DNA of 64,000 nucleotides, taken from the NCBI GenBank assembly GCA_965153285.1, contig OZ229114.1; one strand, 5' to 3'. Position 1 is the first letter of the stretch, and every line of letters starts with the position of its first letter. Made by a program: the position numbers and the translations under genes. This DNA comes from Podarcis tiliguerta. Its lineage: Eukaryota. Positions 50,236 to 62,205 of this stretch are shown here, piece after piece. Below the pieces are notes generated by a model, which saw nothing but the letters and a program-made list of their open reading frames with translations, was not told the DNA's origin and searched no databases.

Positions 50236-52329
50236 TACTCATTTGCTGGAGGAGAAATACTAAGCAGACAGCTTCATAACTGCGGAATGGTTCAGCCCAA
50301 CTTCGGATGGGGGAGGCAGGCAAGTCACAAGAAGGCTATAAACTCAGTGCCAGAACAGCTGCACTGCCTGCCCAATGAACTTCCAGGAAGTATTTAAAGG
50401 TGTTGGTTTTATTGTGTGGAGCCAGAAATGGCCTGGGAACATCATTACATTGTGAGCCACAGACCTCGGCGCCCTAGCGTGTGTGCTGTGTGTGCACTAA
50501 AAGGTTCCTGCATAATTTCCAGAAGACCCTTACAGTTCCTTACCTCACTCACTGAGGGCGGCATTTCAGATCCTTGGGCAACAGTGGTAACAGCTGATTA
50601 TTTTAGTTCCCATAGTGAAGGCAGTCAAATCCTGCCCCAACTCTAATTGCAAGAACAGCATGGACTCATATAGGGGCAGCTAACCCTTTGTACTCTCATA
50701 ACAGACTCTGTTTTATTTTATTTTTTAAAAAATCTTCCCCAAAGCACCTCCCCAAGAGAAGCCTGCCAGAGCCTGATGCTGCAGTCATATGAAGGACGGA
50801 AAGCATTATTGTTAAAATCTACATTGACCTGGTTCATATGCAACATTCAACCAAAATTAATTTTTATATCTGGTTTAATGTGATTTGAGTGAGCATGTTG
50901 GCGTACATTGCACAGACGTTCCCAGTTTCACCCTTCCTGGCTCTTGTCGCAATGCCAGGTAGGAAACAAACCAAGGGCTGGCTTTCTGCTACATGCAAAC
51001 CAGCACCTGTGGTTTGCTGCTCTTCAAACAAGCCACGAGCTACAGCCAGGCTTCGTTCTTGGCTTATTGCTCGTGGTTTGTTGAGCGATCAGATAAATAG
51101 GAAGAAGAACTCGAGGTGCGAAAATTTAGTTCGTTTATAAGGGCAATAGGCATTTTGGAAAATTCATTCAAGGACACAGCATAAATAGAATAAGGAATAA
51201 CAGATACAGAATTTTCTAAAAATTGTCATAAAATACAAATAATGAATGTAGACTATTAGAGAATGTATCATAAGCTCACAGTAGCCAAATAAAAATTACC
51301 AATTTTCTTTTGGTAATGTTTACCACAAACATTAAAATATAAAGGCATGTATGTTAATCTAACAACCAAATTAAAAATAGATTCCTAAATAAAAGATAAC
51401 ACCCCCCCCCAAATACATCCTTTCAAACTGAGAAAAAGCCTGAACAATAAAAAATAGCAATGATAAAAAATATATAACCTAAAGTTCTCTCTAAGAATTC
51501 AGAATTATCATGATAACCAACATAAATAAAATGACCATTTTAAGCAATAATTCTTTCACTCAGGGGATATTAACTCCTGTTGCATGAAGGATCCAAAATG
51601 AAACTTTTTATATCCACTTGAACCAATTGCCTGTGGAGAGATGTGCTGCCAAATAGAGCAGAATTGGAAGGGGGGAATCTTCTTTCACCAGATGAACTGT
51701 TAAAGCCTAGTCAAATGAAATGGAAAGAGAACTTTAACCCCTTGCTAGCATAAAAGATCCTGAACATACATGAAGCGGTAGAATAAAGAATCTGGAAACA
51801 GATGGCAAAACAAAACAGAGAACAACGAAAGGGAACTCCTGCGAGTTCATTCACATCAAAGAGAGGAAATCCATTTTCTCATTGAGCCCTTTTGGGATTT
51901 GTCTGCGCAGGGCAAGGATCCAATACAGCTCCCTCTTTAAGAACAACCTGACATCATGCTGATGGATCATCTCAATGACCCAGTGTGTTTTCTCTCCTAT
52001 GCCGCTTTTCAAAGCTCTTATGATCTGGCCAACGCAGATCTTTTCACATGAGCACTTGAGGTTATTGTGTGCATAAACTTCAAAGGGTTTACTCTGAGTA
52101 TGGCTGGCTACAATATCTATTATACTGTTACCCTGGTTTTCCTCTAGAGTACTCAGCTTAATTGTGGTTTGTAAACAATCTTTTGGACTGGCAATTTGTT
52201 CGGTGTTTAAATTTTTTTTTTAATATAAAGAAATCTAATATATAATACATTAGTTGCAATAGATAGCAATTGTTTGTGTCTCATTTCCAAATATTCATGA
52301 TGGTTTTCCCACCCCCTTTCTTAAAAAAG

Positions 52330-52439
52330 ATATGCATAAAAGGAAAAGTCCACATATTTAAGTATCTGAATATGGAAGCATGCAAAGTAGCGCCAGATCT
52401 TCCAGATTACGACAGGCGGCCAATGGGGTTTGGTTCTTG
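52330..52439 (+). CDS. LRCH3: LRCH3 exon 6
   Basis: aaaaag|ATA TGC...TCT TG|gtaagt; ICIKGKVHIFKYLNMEACKVAPDLPDYDRRPMGFGS(C). Confidence 0.95.
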
Positions 52440-53651
52440 GTAAGTGCGCACAGATTTCAGATTCACTGTTTTTTAAAAGAATCTTTGTGGATAATTTTAC
52501 TTTTCTGTATTAAGATGTTTGTGGGCTTTGTTGTGGGAGCAGAGAAATCTCATTGCGCTGTATGTTTAACCTTCTGTGCATGGTTGTATAAGGTCTCTGG
52601 TCTAACCACAGGTGTAAGTGTTGATCTCCTTTCCCATGATAAAGCTGTGTTGCTCTTGGCAGAGTCTCCTTTTGGCTTAGCCGGGCAACATTCATCTCTG
52701 AGCGGTCAGCCGCATCATGAGTTGCTAAATTAAGGTGATGGGGGCTAGGAATGCAGCTTGTGTTTATATCATGCAGTACTGAGTAATGCAAGTCGATGAA
52801 GCAAGGCCCTGGAGGAAGGAGAGAGAGAGCACTGAGCACGCTGAACCACAGACAGTTTAAGGCAGGGCACGGAAGTCAGTGAAATACAAGTTGGAGAACC
52901 ATAAATGCGTAAATAAGAAGCAGGCTAGTCTGGTTGTGGCCGGGTCTCAGTGAAAAGGGGAACTTGAGCAGCCAGCCAGAGAGTTCCTTCTCTAGTCTGG
53001 TCCCTGCATCCAAAAATACATTTCATTACACAGCCAGTGTGGGCATTTTTGGGTATTCCGTTTGCTTTTTCAGAGTCTCTGTTTTTAATGTTAAAGCCTG
53101 TGTGTGTGTGTGAATGAGAGACAGAGAGAGAGAAGGAGTGAGGGGTGTGTGTGAGTATATTAATATACATCAAAATTCCCAGTAGGTTTTCCCAGGGGAA
53201 TTATCCACCCCTTGCTGAAGGGTGCAGCAGTGAAAGGGAGAAGGGGCAGCAGAATGCCCTGTGCCGTGGAAATGGAAACTGTGACCTTACGCTCTAGAAA
53301 GGGCAATCTCAGGGGCAGGAGAGCTGAGTGAGTGAGACAGGCAGATGTATTTGGCAACATCTGTGCAGTGCTTCCTCTTCCTGCCTGGTGCAGCCTTGCT
53401 AGTCAGGCCAGGCAGAGCAGCAGCAGCAGATAAATCAAAGGGAGGAGCAGGAGATGGTGGCAAGATGAGTCTGCAGCACTGGCTGCTACAACAATTCTGG
53501 CTGCCCCTAAGGTGAATTTCTTGGCCCCGAGACAGTAAAATGCAGGAAACTCAGCCCTACAGCAGCTGGGCTTGTGGCGGCCTCTGTTTCTGGTTTTTAG
53601 TGCAAGGCTTCCTGTGACTGAGAACAAGCTGCCCTCTGCCCCAGCTAGGAC

Positions 53652-53692
<41 letters not shown>

Positions 53693-53877
53693 CTGCCGCC
53701 CATAAAACAGGATATCCAATGTCGGGGCAGTAAAAATAATAGCAATTAAAGAAAACTGGAGTAGGTCTAAGCAAGTTGTTTTTTAAAATCTCCAAAAAAC
53801 TCCATGGTCTAGCCTACATATGAAGAGCAATGAATTCCCTGTGCTGAAAAGGCAATAAAAGTGTAGTTGAGTTTTTC

Positions 53878-53908
<31 letters not shown>

Positions 53909-54511
53909 AATTTATTTATTGTACCCCACCCATCTGATTGGGTTGCCCCAGCTACTCTGGGTGGCTTCCAACAAAATATAAAGGAACACACCAAAACATC
54001 AAACATTAAAAGGTTCCCGAAACAGGGCTGCCTTCAGATGTTTGCAAAAAGTCATATGATTGTCTCTTTGACATCTGACGGGAGGGCATTCCACAGGGTG
54101 GGCACAACTACCAAGAAGGCCCTATACATTATGCCAGTTAAGCAAATCGGCTTATATTTGCATATTTTATTCTTTTGGTAGTCCTGGGAAAGGTGGGGGG
54201 GATTATGCAGGACACTGAATAACCTCCCATGATTACTTGAAATCTAGTTCAGTGCATCATCTGTCCACCCACTCAAGAAATCAGAATTTCAGCTTTTGAG
54301 ACTTGACCAGGTATTGCCCACTTGCTTCCAGACTTACCTCTGCTCAGAAGTTGCTGCATTCTAAAATGGAAGCGTTGAACTCTGTGTTCTTCAGCAATTG
54401 CATGGTGCAGTTGTAGAGTACCCACATCCTACTTAATACAATTGCATGGAGAATCACACAGTTGCACATGCTCAGCTCGGTTGTCATCATTAATCAGGAA
54501 TACTCTTAACA

Positions 54512-54760
54512 CAGGGGTCAGCAAGCATTTTCAGCCGGGGGCCGGTCTACCGTCCCTCAGACCATGTGGTGGGCCGGACTATATTTTGAAAAAAATAATG
54601 AACGAATTCCTATGCCCCACAATAACCCAGAGATACATTTTAAATAAAAACACACATTCTGCTCATGTTATAACACACTGATTCCTGGACTGTCCGTGGG
54701 CCAGATTGAGACGGCGATTGGGCCGGATCCAGCCCACGGGCCTTAGGTTGCCTACCCCTG
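54512..54760. mobile_element. hAT (Charlie-like) MITE
   Basis: CAGGGGTCAGCAA...TTGCCTACCCCTG termini with gggccgga subterminal repeats. Confidence 0.7.
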
Positions 54761-56187
54761 ATCTAGTCCAACCTCCTGCAATGCATTAGGAATCTCAGCT
54801 AAAGCATCCATGACAGATGGCCATCCAACCTCTACTTTAAAAACCCCAGTGATTCTACCACCTTCCTGCTCTTAATACATTTATGAGAACAGCCATCCCA
54901 CAGCATAGTTTCCTAGCCCGGAAACTTTTCATGCTCTTCCCCACTTGCTGCTGGCCTGCCATCTGTATGCACATGATGCAACAGGTCGGCAGTGCCACGT
55001 GCAGAGTTCGCCTAGCGCTTGGTGGCGCAGCGTGGACCGCAGACTGCACGAGCAGCAGCTCTTTGGTTCTCAGAACTTGCAAAGGCAGCAGGCCAGATTG
55101 AGAAGGCAATTGGGCCACATCCGGGCCCTGGGCCTTAGGTTACCTGCTCTAACACTACATATACATGCAGAGAAGAAGTGAGATGTATTAATGGCGGTTC
55201 TGACACATTGGCTGCCGTCTGGCTTGAAGTACTTAATGCCAGCCGTCCTAATGTTTGCAACACACTTCCTGTAAACATCTGTTGTTGAGCTCTGCCCTCT
55301 TAGATTGCAGCTCTCTCACAGCGGAGACTCTTCGGCACACATGGTGCCACATAATTAATAATTACAAGTTGCATTCCAAGCAACTGATTTTCAATGCAAG
55401 TGACAACCAGCCGCAGCCTAATCAGCAATTAGCAATGCCTGGGTGGAGCCGTCCGTTTGCTGAACTTCCCATTTGCCCATTATTACTGTCTTGCTGCAGA
55501 TTTCCCTGGGGCATCTAGTGCCAGTAGGACAGTTGATTCATTGTTAAATGCCCATTTGCAGTGGGCCAGGCAAGCCTCCTTGTTACGTCTCTGCTGTCTG
55601 TGGCAGTTTCCATATACTGTGTCTGTGATGGCAGCAGTATTGAACTGTCTAGTCACTATGTACATTTAGAGCAGAGATAGCTTACTCTGTGCTCTGAATC
55701 CTCTTACTGAGTTCCTAGTACCATGGATGTCATGCCTGTTTGTGGCAGTAAATTAAATGCATAAAAACTTCCCTCAGCTTGTTTCAGGGCTGATTTGAAA
55801 CACATTCAAAATATTTTATGAATTAATAATGGTTAACTTTTTAAAAATGCATTATTTAATATTTTGAGTATAACCATGTTCCAGTTTTTGTAAACCATAT
55901 TGAGTTCAGACATTTTGGGTATAATTCAGCATTGCGCTACTACTGACATTCTGTCTGCACAAGCATATCAGCCTGCCAGATATAATCTTGCTGCCTCTCT
56001 GCACAATGTTCTGGGGGTTCTATTTGACAGCTCTCCCCCCCCCCCCCCGCAGTCAGTTTCAAGGATACATGGGTGGAGGAGCCATGGGAAAGCCCTGTTT
56101 TGCAGGTAGAAGCCCTTGTCGAGGGTTTCCACCGATGGGGCTCATTACGCAAATCCCACCACTATTCACTATGTGAATAACGTCTTT

Positions 56188-56545
56188 TAAAGGTAAAGGG
56201 ACCCCTGACCTTTAGGTCCAGTTGCGGACGACTCTGGGGTTGTGGTGCTCAACTTGCTTTACTGGCTGAGGGAGCCAGGGTACAGCTTCCAGGTCATGTG
56301 GCCAGCATGACTAAGCTGCTTCTGGCGAACCAGAGCAGCGCACGGAAACGCTGTTTACCTTCCCATGGACCGGTACCTATTTATCTACTTGCACTTTAAC
56401 GTGCTTTCGAACTGCTAGGTTGGCAGGAGCAGGGACTGAGCAACGGGAGCTCACCCTGTTGCGGGGATTCGAACCTCCGATTTGAACCACCGACCTTATG
56501 ATCGGCAAGCCCTAGGCTCTGTGGTTTAGACCACAGCGTCACCCA
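56188..56545 (-). mobile_element. Sauria SINE
   Basis: SINE consensus with a small internal duplication around the B box. Confidence 0.9.
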
Positions 56546-56611
56546 TCTCTTATATGTCCTTAGAAGCATTTCATACTGGGTTTCTGCAGGGTACCCCATA
56601 TTAGTGGCTGC

Positions 56612-56965
56612 TGCTTACATGGCCTCGGTCCAGTATATCTGAAGGAGCATCTCTACCCCCATCGTTCTACCCGGACACTGAGGGCCTTCTGGCGATTCCC
56701 TCACTGCAAGAAGCCAAGTTACAGGGAACCAGGCAGAGGGCCTTCTCGGTAGTGGCACCCGCCCTGTGGAACGCCCTCCCACCATATGTCAAAGAGAACA
56801 ACAACTACCAGACATCAGAATGCAGCCCTGTTTAGGGAAACTTTTAATGTTTGATGCATTACTGTATTTTAATATTTTGTTGGAAGCCACCCGGAGTGGC
56901 CGGGGAAGCACAGCCAGATGGCCGGGGTATAAACAAACAAACAAACAAACAAACAAACAAACAAA
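56612..56965 (+). mobile_element. L2-like LINE 3' fragment with (AAAC)n tail
   Basis: agggccttctcggtagtggcacccgccctgtggaacgccctccc motif; 3' end shared with 48705-48860 and 53910-54120. Confidence 0.7.
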
Positions 56966-57781
56966 TATTATTTATTATTTATTGAAAATGATGGTATACA
57001 ACATTCTAGCCCATCTCCAACACAAACTAGGGCTGTGTGCATGTTGTACATTGAAGCACAATTTTCCCCTCAAAGAATTCTGGGCATTATAGTTTACCAC
57101 TTACAGAATTACAGATTTTTTTTTGGGGGGGGGGAATGTTCATTGAAATGTAGTTGTTTTTCTTGGATGGAGCCTTTCAGCTGATGCACCAGAGTTAACC
57201 CCAAATTAGTCTCTATGTATATATTTTAATTAAATCCCATTTTTTCTTGTCTTCCATGAAGCCCAAAGTGACCTTTAAAGGGCTGCTCTTATTTTTATGT
57301 TTTTGTCCCCTGTGTTCTGAGTGCTATGCAGACCATAGGCATGGCCCTTATGTTTTCTGCCTGAAGAACATGGCTGCACACTAAAGTTTAGGCAAAGATG
57401 ACAGGGAAAATGTGCCACAATAAAGGAGCAGCAAAGGTTCACCAGTGGCTGGTAGACCTTGGTTTTTAGAGGAGCTACTTTTGCCAAGATGGCAAGTTGT
57501 ACTCTTTTGCAGTGCTTGAAAATTGTTTTGGTAGTGGCTGAATGCTTTGCAGGCCAAGGCAACTGATCAGCAGCCCAAACATTTGGCTAGCAGAAAGGAA
57601 CATTTCTCAGTCTGGAAGAACAAGACCTCTTTAGCTGGATCGCATTATGTATGGAAAAATGCAGTATGACTAACAGGTTGAATATGTCCCCCGGTACTGT
57701 CTGGTATCTAATCTTCTCGCCCTCCAAAAAATCTCGTTTGCTTTTTGCAATAAAATAACTAACATTTTATCTGCTTGACAG

Positions 57782-57875
57782 CCATGAAGAACTATATTCC
57801 AGCCGACCATATGGAGCACTGGATTCTGGCTTCAATAGTGTGGACAGCGGAGACAAAAGGTGGTCAGGAAATGAA
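57782..57875 (+). CDS. LRCH3: LRCH3 exon 7
   Basis: tgacag|C CAT...AAT GAA|gtaagt; HEELYSSRPYGALDSGFNSVDSGDKRWSGNE. Confidence 0.95.
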
Positions 57876-58334
57876 GTAAGTATACTTGTTTTGTTTCTAT
57901 TTGGTGGATAATTGTAGCATATGTGAAAAGGAAAAAATCAGGCAGAACAGGCATGGAAGACTCAATTGCTAAAATGCATAGGGCTGCAATTTTGCAGTGG
58001 CTTATTCTGCAGTCATCCAAGGATTGAGGCCAGTGTGCCATTTCCACATCTGAGATTATTTTCAATCTGATAATGGTGGTGCAGGAAGGGACTTGCAAGC
58101 ACTGCTCTTTGCTCCACATTTCATTTCAAAACTCTTTAAATTGAAAACAATACAAACTCACAAAAAGTGTACTTTGTCTACATGTGATTCAGATCACTGG
58201 AGTGACGTGAAGGAGGAGCTCTTTCTAACATTATATTGGAGTGCTGCAGATCTTGTTTTTGGAAGCTGGATAACAAGTGGATGTATTTCACAATCTCTGC
58301 TTTCTTAATTGTCCGGTGTATTTTTCCAATGAAG

Positions 58335-58455
58335 CCTACAGATGAATTTTCTGATCTTCCTCTGCGAGTGGCAGAGATCACAAAAGAACAAAGACTGAGA
58401 AGAGAGAGTCAGTACCAGGAACACCGAGGGAGCATGGTTGTCACCAACGGTGGAG
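58335..58455 (+). CDS. LRCH3: LRCH3 exon 8
   Basis: atgaag|CCT ACA...GGA G|gtaaat; PTDEFSDLPLRVAEITKEQRLRRESQYQEHRGSMVVTNGG. Confidence 0.95.
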
Positions 58456-59544
58456 GTAAATGGCACTCATTTGAGAAAAAAGCCATCAGTGCATATTTGG
58501 TTGCTCCCACGTTGCATGGCAAGATTCTGGTGCGCTTTGTGGAGCATCATCTATGCCCAAGAAGTATCTTTTCAAACCTATTTTATTTTACCCCTTTGTC
58601 TTAAAAAGCTCTATATGCAGCTTAGCTGGAGGAGCCAAATGGCATTTTTACGCAGGCAGGATGATGGAGTAATCTTTATTTTAGTTTCTCCTTCAAATGC
58701 TGATAAGGAATGACTTCCAGTAGCTCCTAGGAGAAGAAAATCCAAATAACACTTAGTTCCACTACCACAAGAAGCTGTAAAAGATTGAGGACCAGGAAAC
58801 AGTAACCTTTAACTGAGGGAAATTGGGTCTCTTTGAATTTATCTTCCAGCATATCACCTTTAAAAAATAATTTTAAAACCTGTTGACTTGCTCCTTATGT
58901 AATTTGCTTCTTACCTGCACTATTCTAAAGGATAATAGTCCACAGGCCATTGGGAATAAGAATCCTTGAGGGATTTTGGATGCTGGGTTATGCAGTATTT
59001 TCATAAGGTTTGCTGCTGCAACAACAACATAGCAAAGCCTTATTGGGCTTACAGAAGCAGTGATGAATAAAAAATGCCCCAGTTAACATAATGGGTGGAG
59101 GGATCAATGAGAGCAGACCTTTCTGAGCTTCATGCTCTTGTTGTAGCTTTCATACACTGCTGAATGTGTGTGAGTCCCTCCCCCCATTTTATTCCTTTTA
59201 CAATCGCTTCCTCTAAACCTTCTGCTTTCTTAATTTCACATTTTATATGTGAAGGTAGCCAAAATAAAATATAATTTCAGGCTTGAGTGCAAGCATCATT
59301 TTTGGTGTTTGCAGAATAATCTAACAAACCAAAAGCTGTTCTAACATGTCATTTTACAGATTCAAGTTGGTCAGAACAGTATTGCTTTGCATGTTAATGT
59401 GCACGTCTCACTTACCAATTCACAAAGGTGCTTCAGAGGTTTCTGAGTTCGCATATTGATTAGAAGCCAGAAATACCCGTAACTTAAAGCACTTCTTTGC
59501 ATATGGATATCAAAAGTCTAAGCAACTTGTGTTTGCAAAATACA

Positions 59545-60330
59545 ACATTAGATAGAATTGGGATGCAAGATGACCTTAACAGATTGGAGAACTTGGCCCA
59601 AACTAGCAAAATGAATTTCAACAGGGACAAATGTGAGGTTCTGCACTTAGGCAGGAAAAACTAACTGCACAAATACAAGATGGGGGACACCTGGTTTGCC
59701 AGTAGTACATACGAAAAGGATTTAGGGGTCTTAGTAGACCACAAGCTTAACATGAGTCAACAGTGTGATGCAGCAGCAAAAAAAAGCTAACACTGTTCTA
59801 GGCTGCATCAACAGAAGTCTAGTGTCCAGATCAAGGGAAGCAATAGTCCCACTCTATTCTGCCTTGGTCAGACCACACCTGGAGTACTGTGTTGAGTTCT
59901 GGGTGCCACAATTTAAGAAGGGTGTTGACAAGCTGGAAGGTGTGCAGAGGAGGGCAACCAAGATGATCAAGGGTCTGGAAACCAAACCTTATGAGGAATG
60001 GTTGAGGGAGTTGGGTGTATTTAGCCTAAAAGAGGATACTGAGAGGAGATATAGGAATCAAGCTAGGAAGCCGGGACCCGAACCAATGGATTCAAGTTAC
60101 AATGAAGGAGATTCCAACTAAACATCAGGAAGAACTTTCTGATGGTAAGAGCATCTTCAGCAGTGGGGCGGACTCCCTTGAGAGGTGGTGGACGCTCCTT
60201 CCTTTGAGGTTTTTAAGCAAAGGTTGGGTGGCCATCTCTAGTGAATGCTTTAGTTGAGTTTCCTGCATTGTAGGGAGTTGGACTAGCTGACCCTTTGCAT
60301 TCCTTCCAGCTCTACAATTCTACAGTTCTA
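59545..60330 (+). mobile_element. CR1 LINE 3' fragment
   Basis: [41 protein letters not shown]...; CR1 3' end. Confidence 0.92.
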
Positions 60331-60763
60331 TCGTCTTGAGAGACTAATATTGCTACTCACCACTAATAGATCATTCTTGGCAAGTAAGCCAAAGTGCAGG
60401 TGGAAAAGAGTTTTTCAATTTAATGTGTGTTACGTAAGTGAATTGCTGTAAACTATTCATTTCTGGTTACATTAGTGAGCAATAAAACCCTCGCATGGTG
60501 GGATTTTTCTTTGTCTATAATGCATTCTAAAGTATGAAATGGCTCTTTGTTTAATATTAGTTGGAAATCTCCTCCCAATCAGCAGCTTGATCTATAGTTT
60601 GCTCGCTGATTGTATGAACCACTCTGCAGCAAGAGATTTCTCGAATAAATATGGTCAGACCTGATGGAGCTGCTGCAGTCTTAACTTCTGTTAACTCTCT
60701 CTGCGCCTCCCCCTTCCCCCAGCTGCTTATCTAATTACGGTCCTTCTTTTTGTATATGCCAAG

Positions 60764-60912
60764 TGGAACATGATCTGGATCAGATCGACTTTATTGACAG
60801 TTGTGTCACCGAAGAGGAGGAGGAAGAGGTGAGGCAAGCCAAGTGCATGGAGTCAGACAGCCTCAGCTCACAGTTCATGGCATATATTGAACAACGGCGA
60901 ATATCTCACGAG
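60764..60912 (+). CDS. LRCH3: LRCH3 exon 9 (gene continues beyond window)
   Basis: gccaag|TG GAA CAT...CAC GAG|gtggtg; VEHDLDQIDFIDSCVTEEEEEEVRQAKCMESDSLSSQFMAYIEQRRISHE. Confidence 0.93.
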
Positions 60913-61058
60913 GTGGTGCTTCCTTTTAATTTGTGTGTATGTGCCCCTGTGAAATTCCCTTTTGCTTGTGTTGTTTCTCATCCACAGTGGCTATTATTGG
61001 TTGACTTTTAGACCTGGAGATTCAGAGATTTTGGAGCAGTCCCAATGCTGTGCTTTCA

Positions 61059-61443
61059 TTGTTAGGCCGAATTGCTGTGATAAAAATGAACGCATTGCCA
61101 AGGTTGCTGTTTTTGTTTCAAACATTGCAAAATTGTTTCAAACATTGCAAATTTTGGACAAAATGGACTGTTTCAAGAAGTGGCAGAGAGATATCTCCAG
61201 ATTCGTCTGGCAGGGCAAGAAGCCCCGAATAAAATTTAAGATATTAACAGATGCTAAAGAAAGAGGTGGATTTGCCCTGCCAGACCTTAAACTTTATTAT
61301 GAATCAGCCGCATTTTGTTGGCTGAGAGAATGGATGCTTCTTGAAAACATTGATGTGTTGGATTTGGAAGGTTTTCACAATGTATTTGGTTGGCATGCAT
61401 ATCTGTGGTATGACAAGGTTAAAGTACACAGAGCGTTTAAAAA
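61059..61443 (+). mobile_element. Internal L1 ORF2 fragment flanked by a 17-bp TSD
   Basis: LLGRIAVIKMNALPRLLFLFQTL...FVWQGKKPRI...ERGGFALPDLKLYYES; direct repeat ccaatgctgtgctttca at 61042-61058 and 61444-61460. Confidence 0.9.
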
Positions 61444-61896
61444 CCAATGCTGTGCTTTCAGCTCTTGACTCAAAGCACTGTGCTCTCGGGTCTTGTGGGT
61501 GTTCAAGGTGCTAGTTTTGATTGCAATAGAGTCTCCATTGATATCTGCTCAATTGGCCTTTCTCTCCCTTGTGCTATGTCCATGGCGGTCCGTGCAATAG
61601 TCTGGGTGCAGAATCTGAGAAGTATCCAATGGGACGTTGCCTTACTTTCCTCCTCTCTCCATCCCCCCCCCTCCTCATGTGCCCAAAAATCTGTTCCAGA
61701 TTTTGAGGCTGCAAGGGTCTGCAGGAGGTAGGAGAGGAAGGTGAAATCCCATTTATATGAGCAGAATCCTGTTCTGCCTGCACACAGACAGTTTTCCAGT
61801 GCTATATAGCCTCACCTCCCATTACCACCCCCACCCCTAAATCCAAATTAGGGTGTTGCAAGCAAGGGGGGCAAGCAAGGGCTTTTTTCAGAGGTA

Positions 61897-62205
61897 CAGT
61901 GGTGCCCCGCAAGACGAATGCCTCGCAAGACGGAAAACCCGCTAGACGAAAGGGTTTTCCGTTTTGGAGGTGCTTCGCAAAACGAATTTGCTATGGGCTT
62001 GCTTCGCAAGACGAAAATGTCTTGCCAGTTCCTGCAGGGGTTTTTCCCCCCCCCCTTTTTCCTAAGCCGCTTAACAGCTGATCAGCTAAGCCGCTTATCA
62101 GCTGATCCGCTAAGCCGCTAATGGGCTTGCTTCGCAAGACGAAAAAAAAACGCAAGACGAAGAGACTCGCAGAACGGATTCTTTTCGTCTTGCGAAGCAC
62201 CACTG
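61897..62205. mobile_element. Tigger/pogo-like MITE
   Basis: TA|CAGTGGTGCCCCGCAAGACGAA...TTCGTCTTGCGAAGCACCACTG|TA. Confidence 0.88.

Noticed and set aside
51635-51665. Minus-strand resemblance to the U6 snRNA 5' end (tgctctatttggcagcacat)
   Set aside because: The match is about 20 nt with mismatches and does not continue; probably part of an old repeat.
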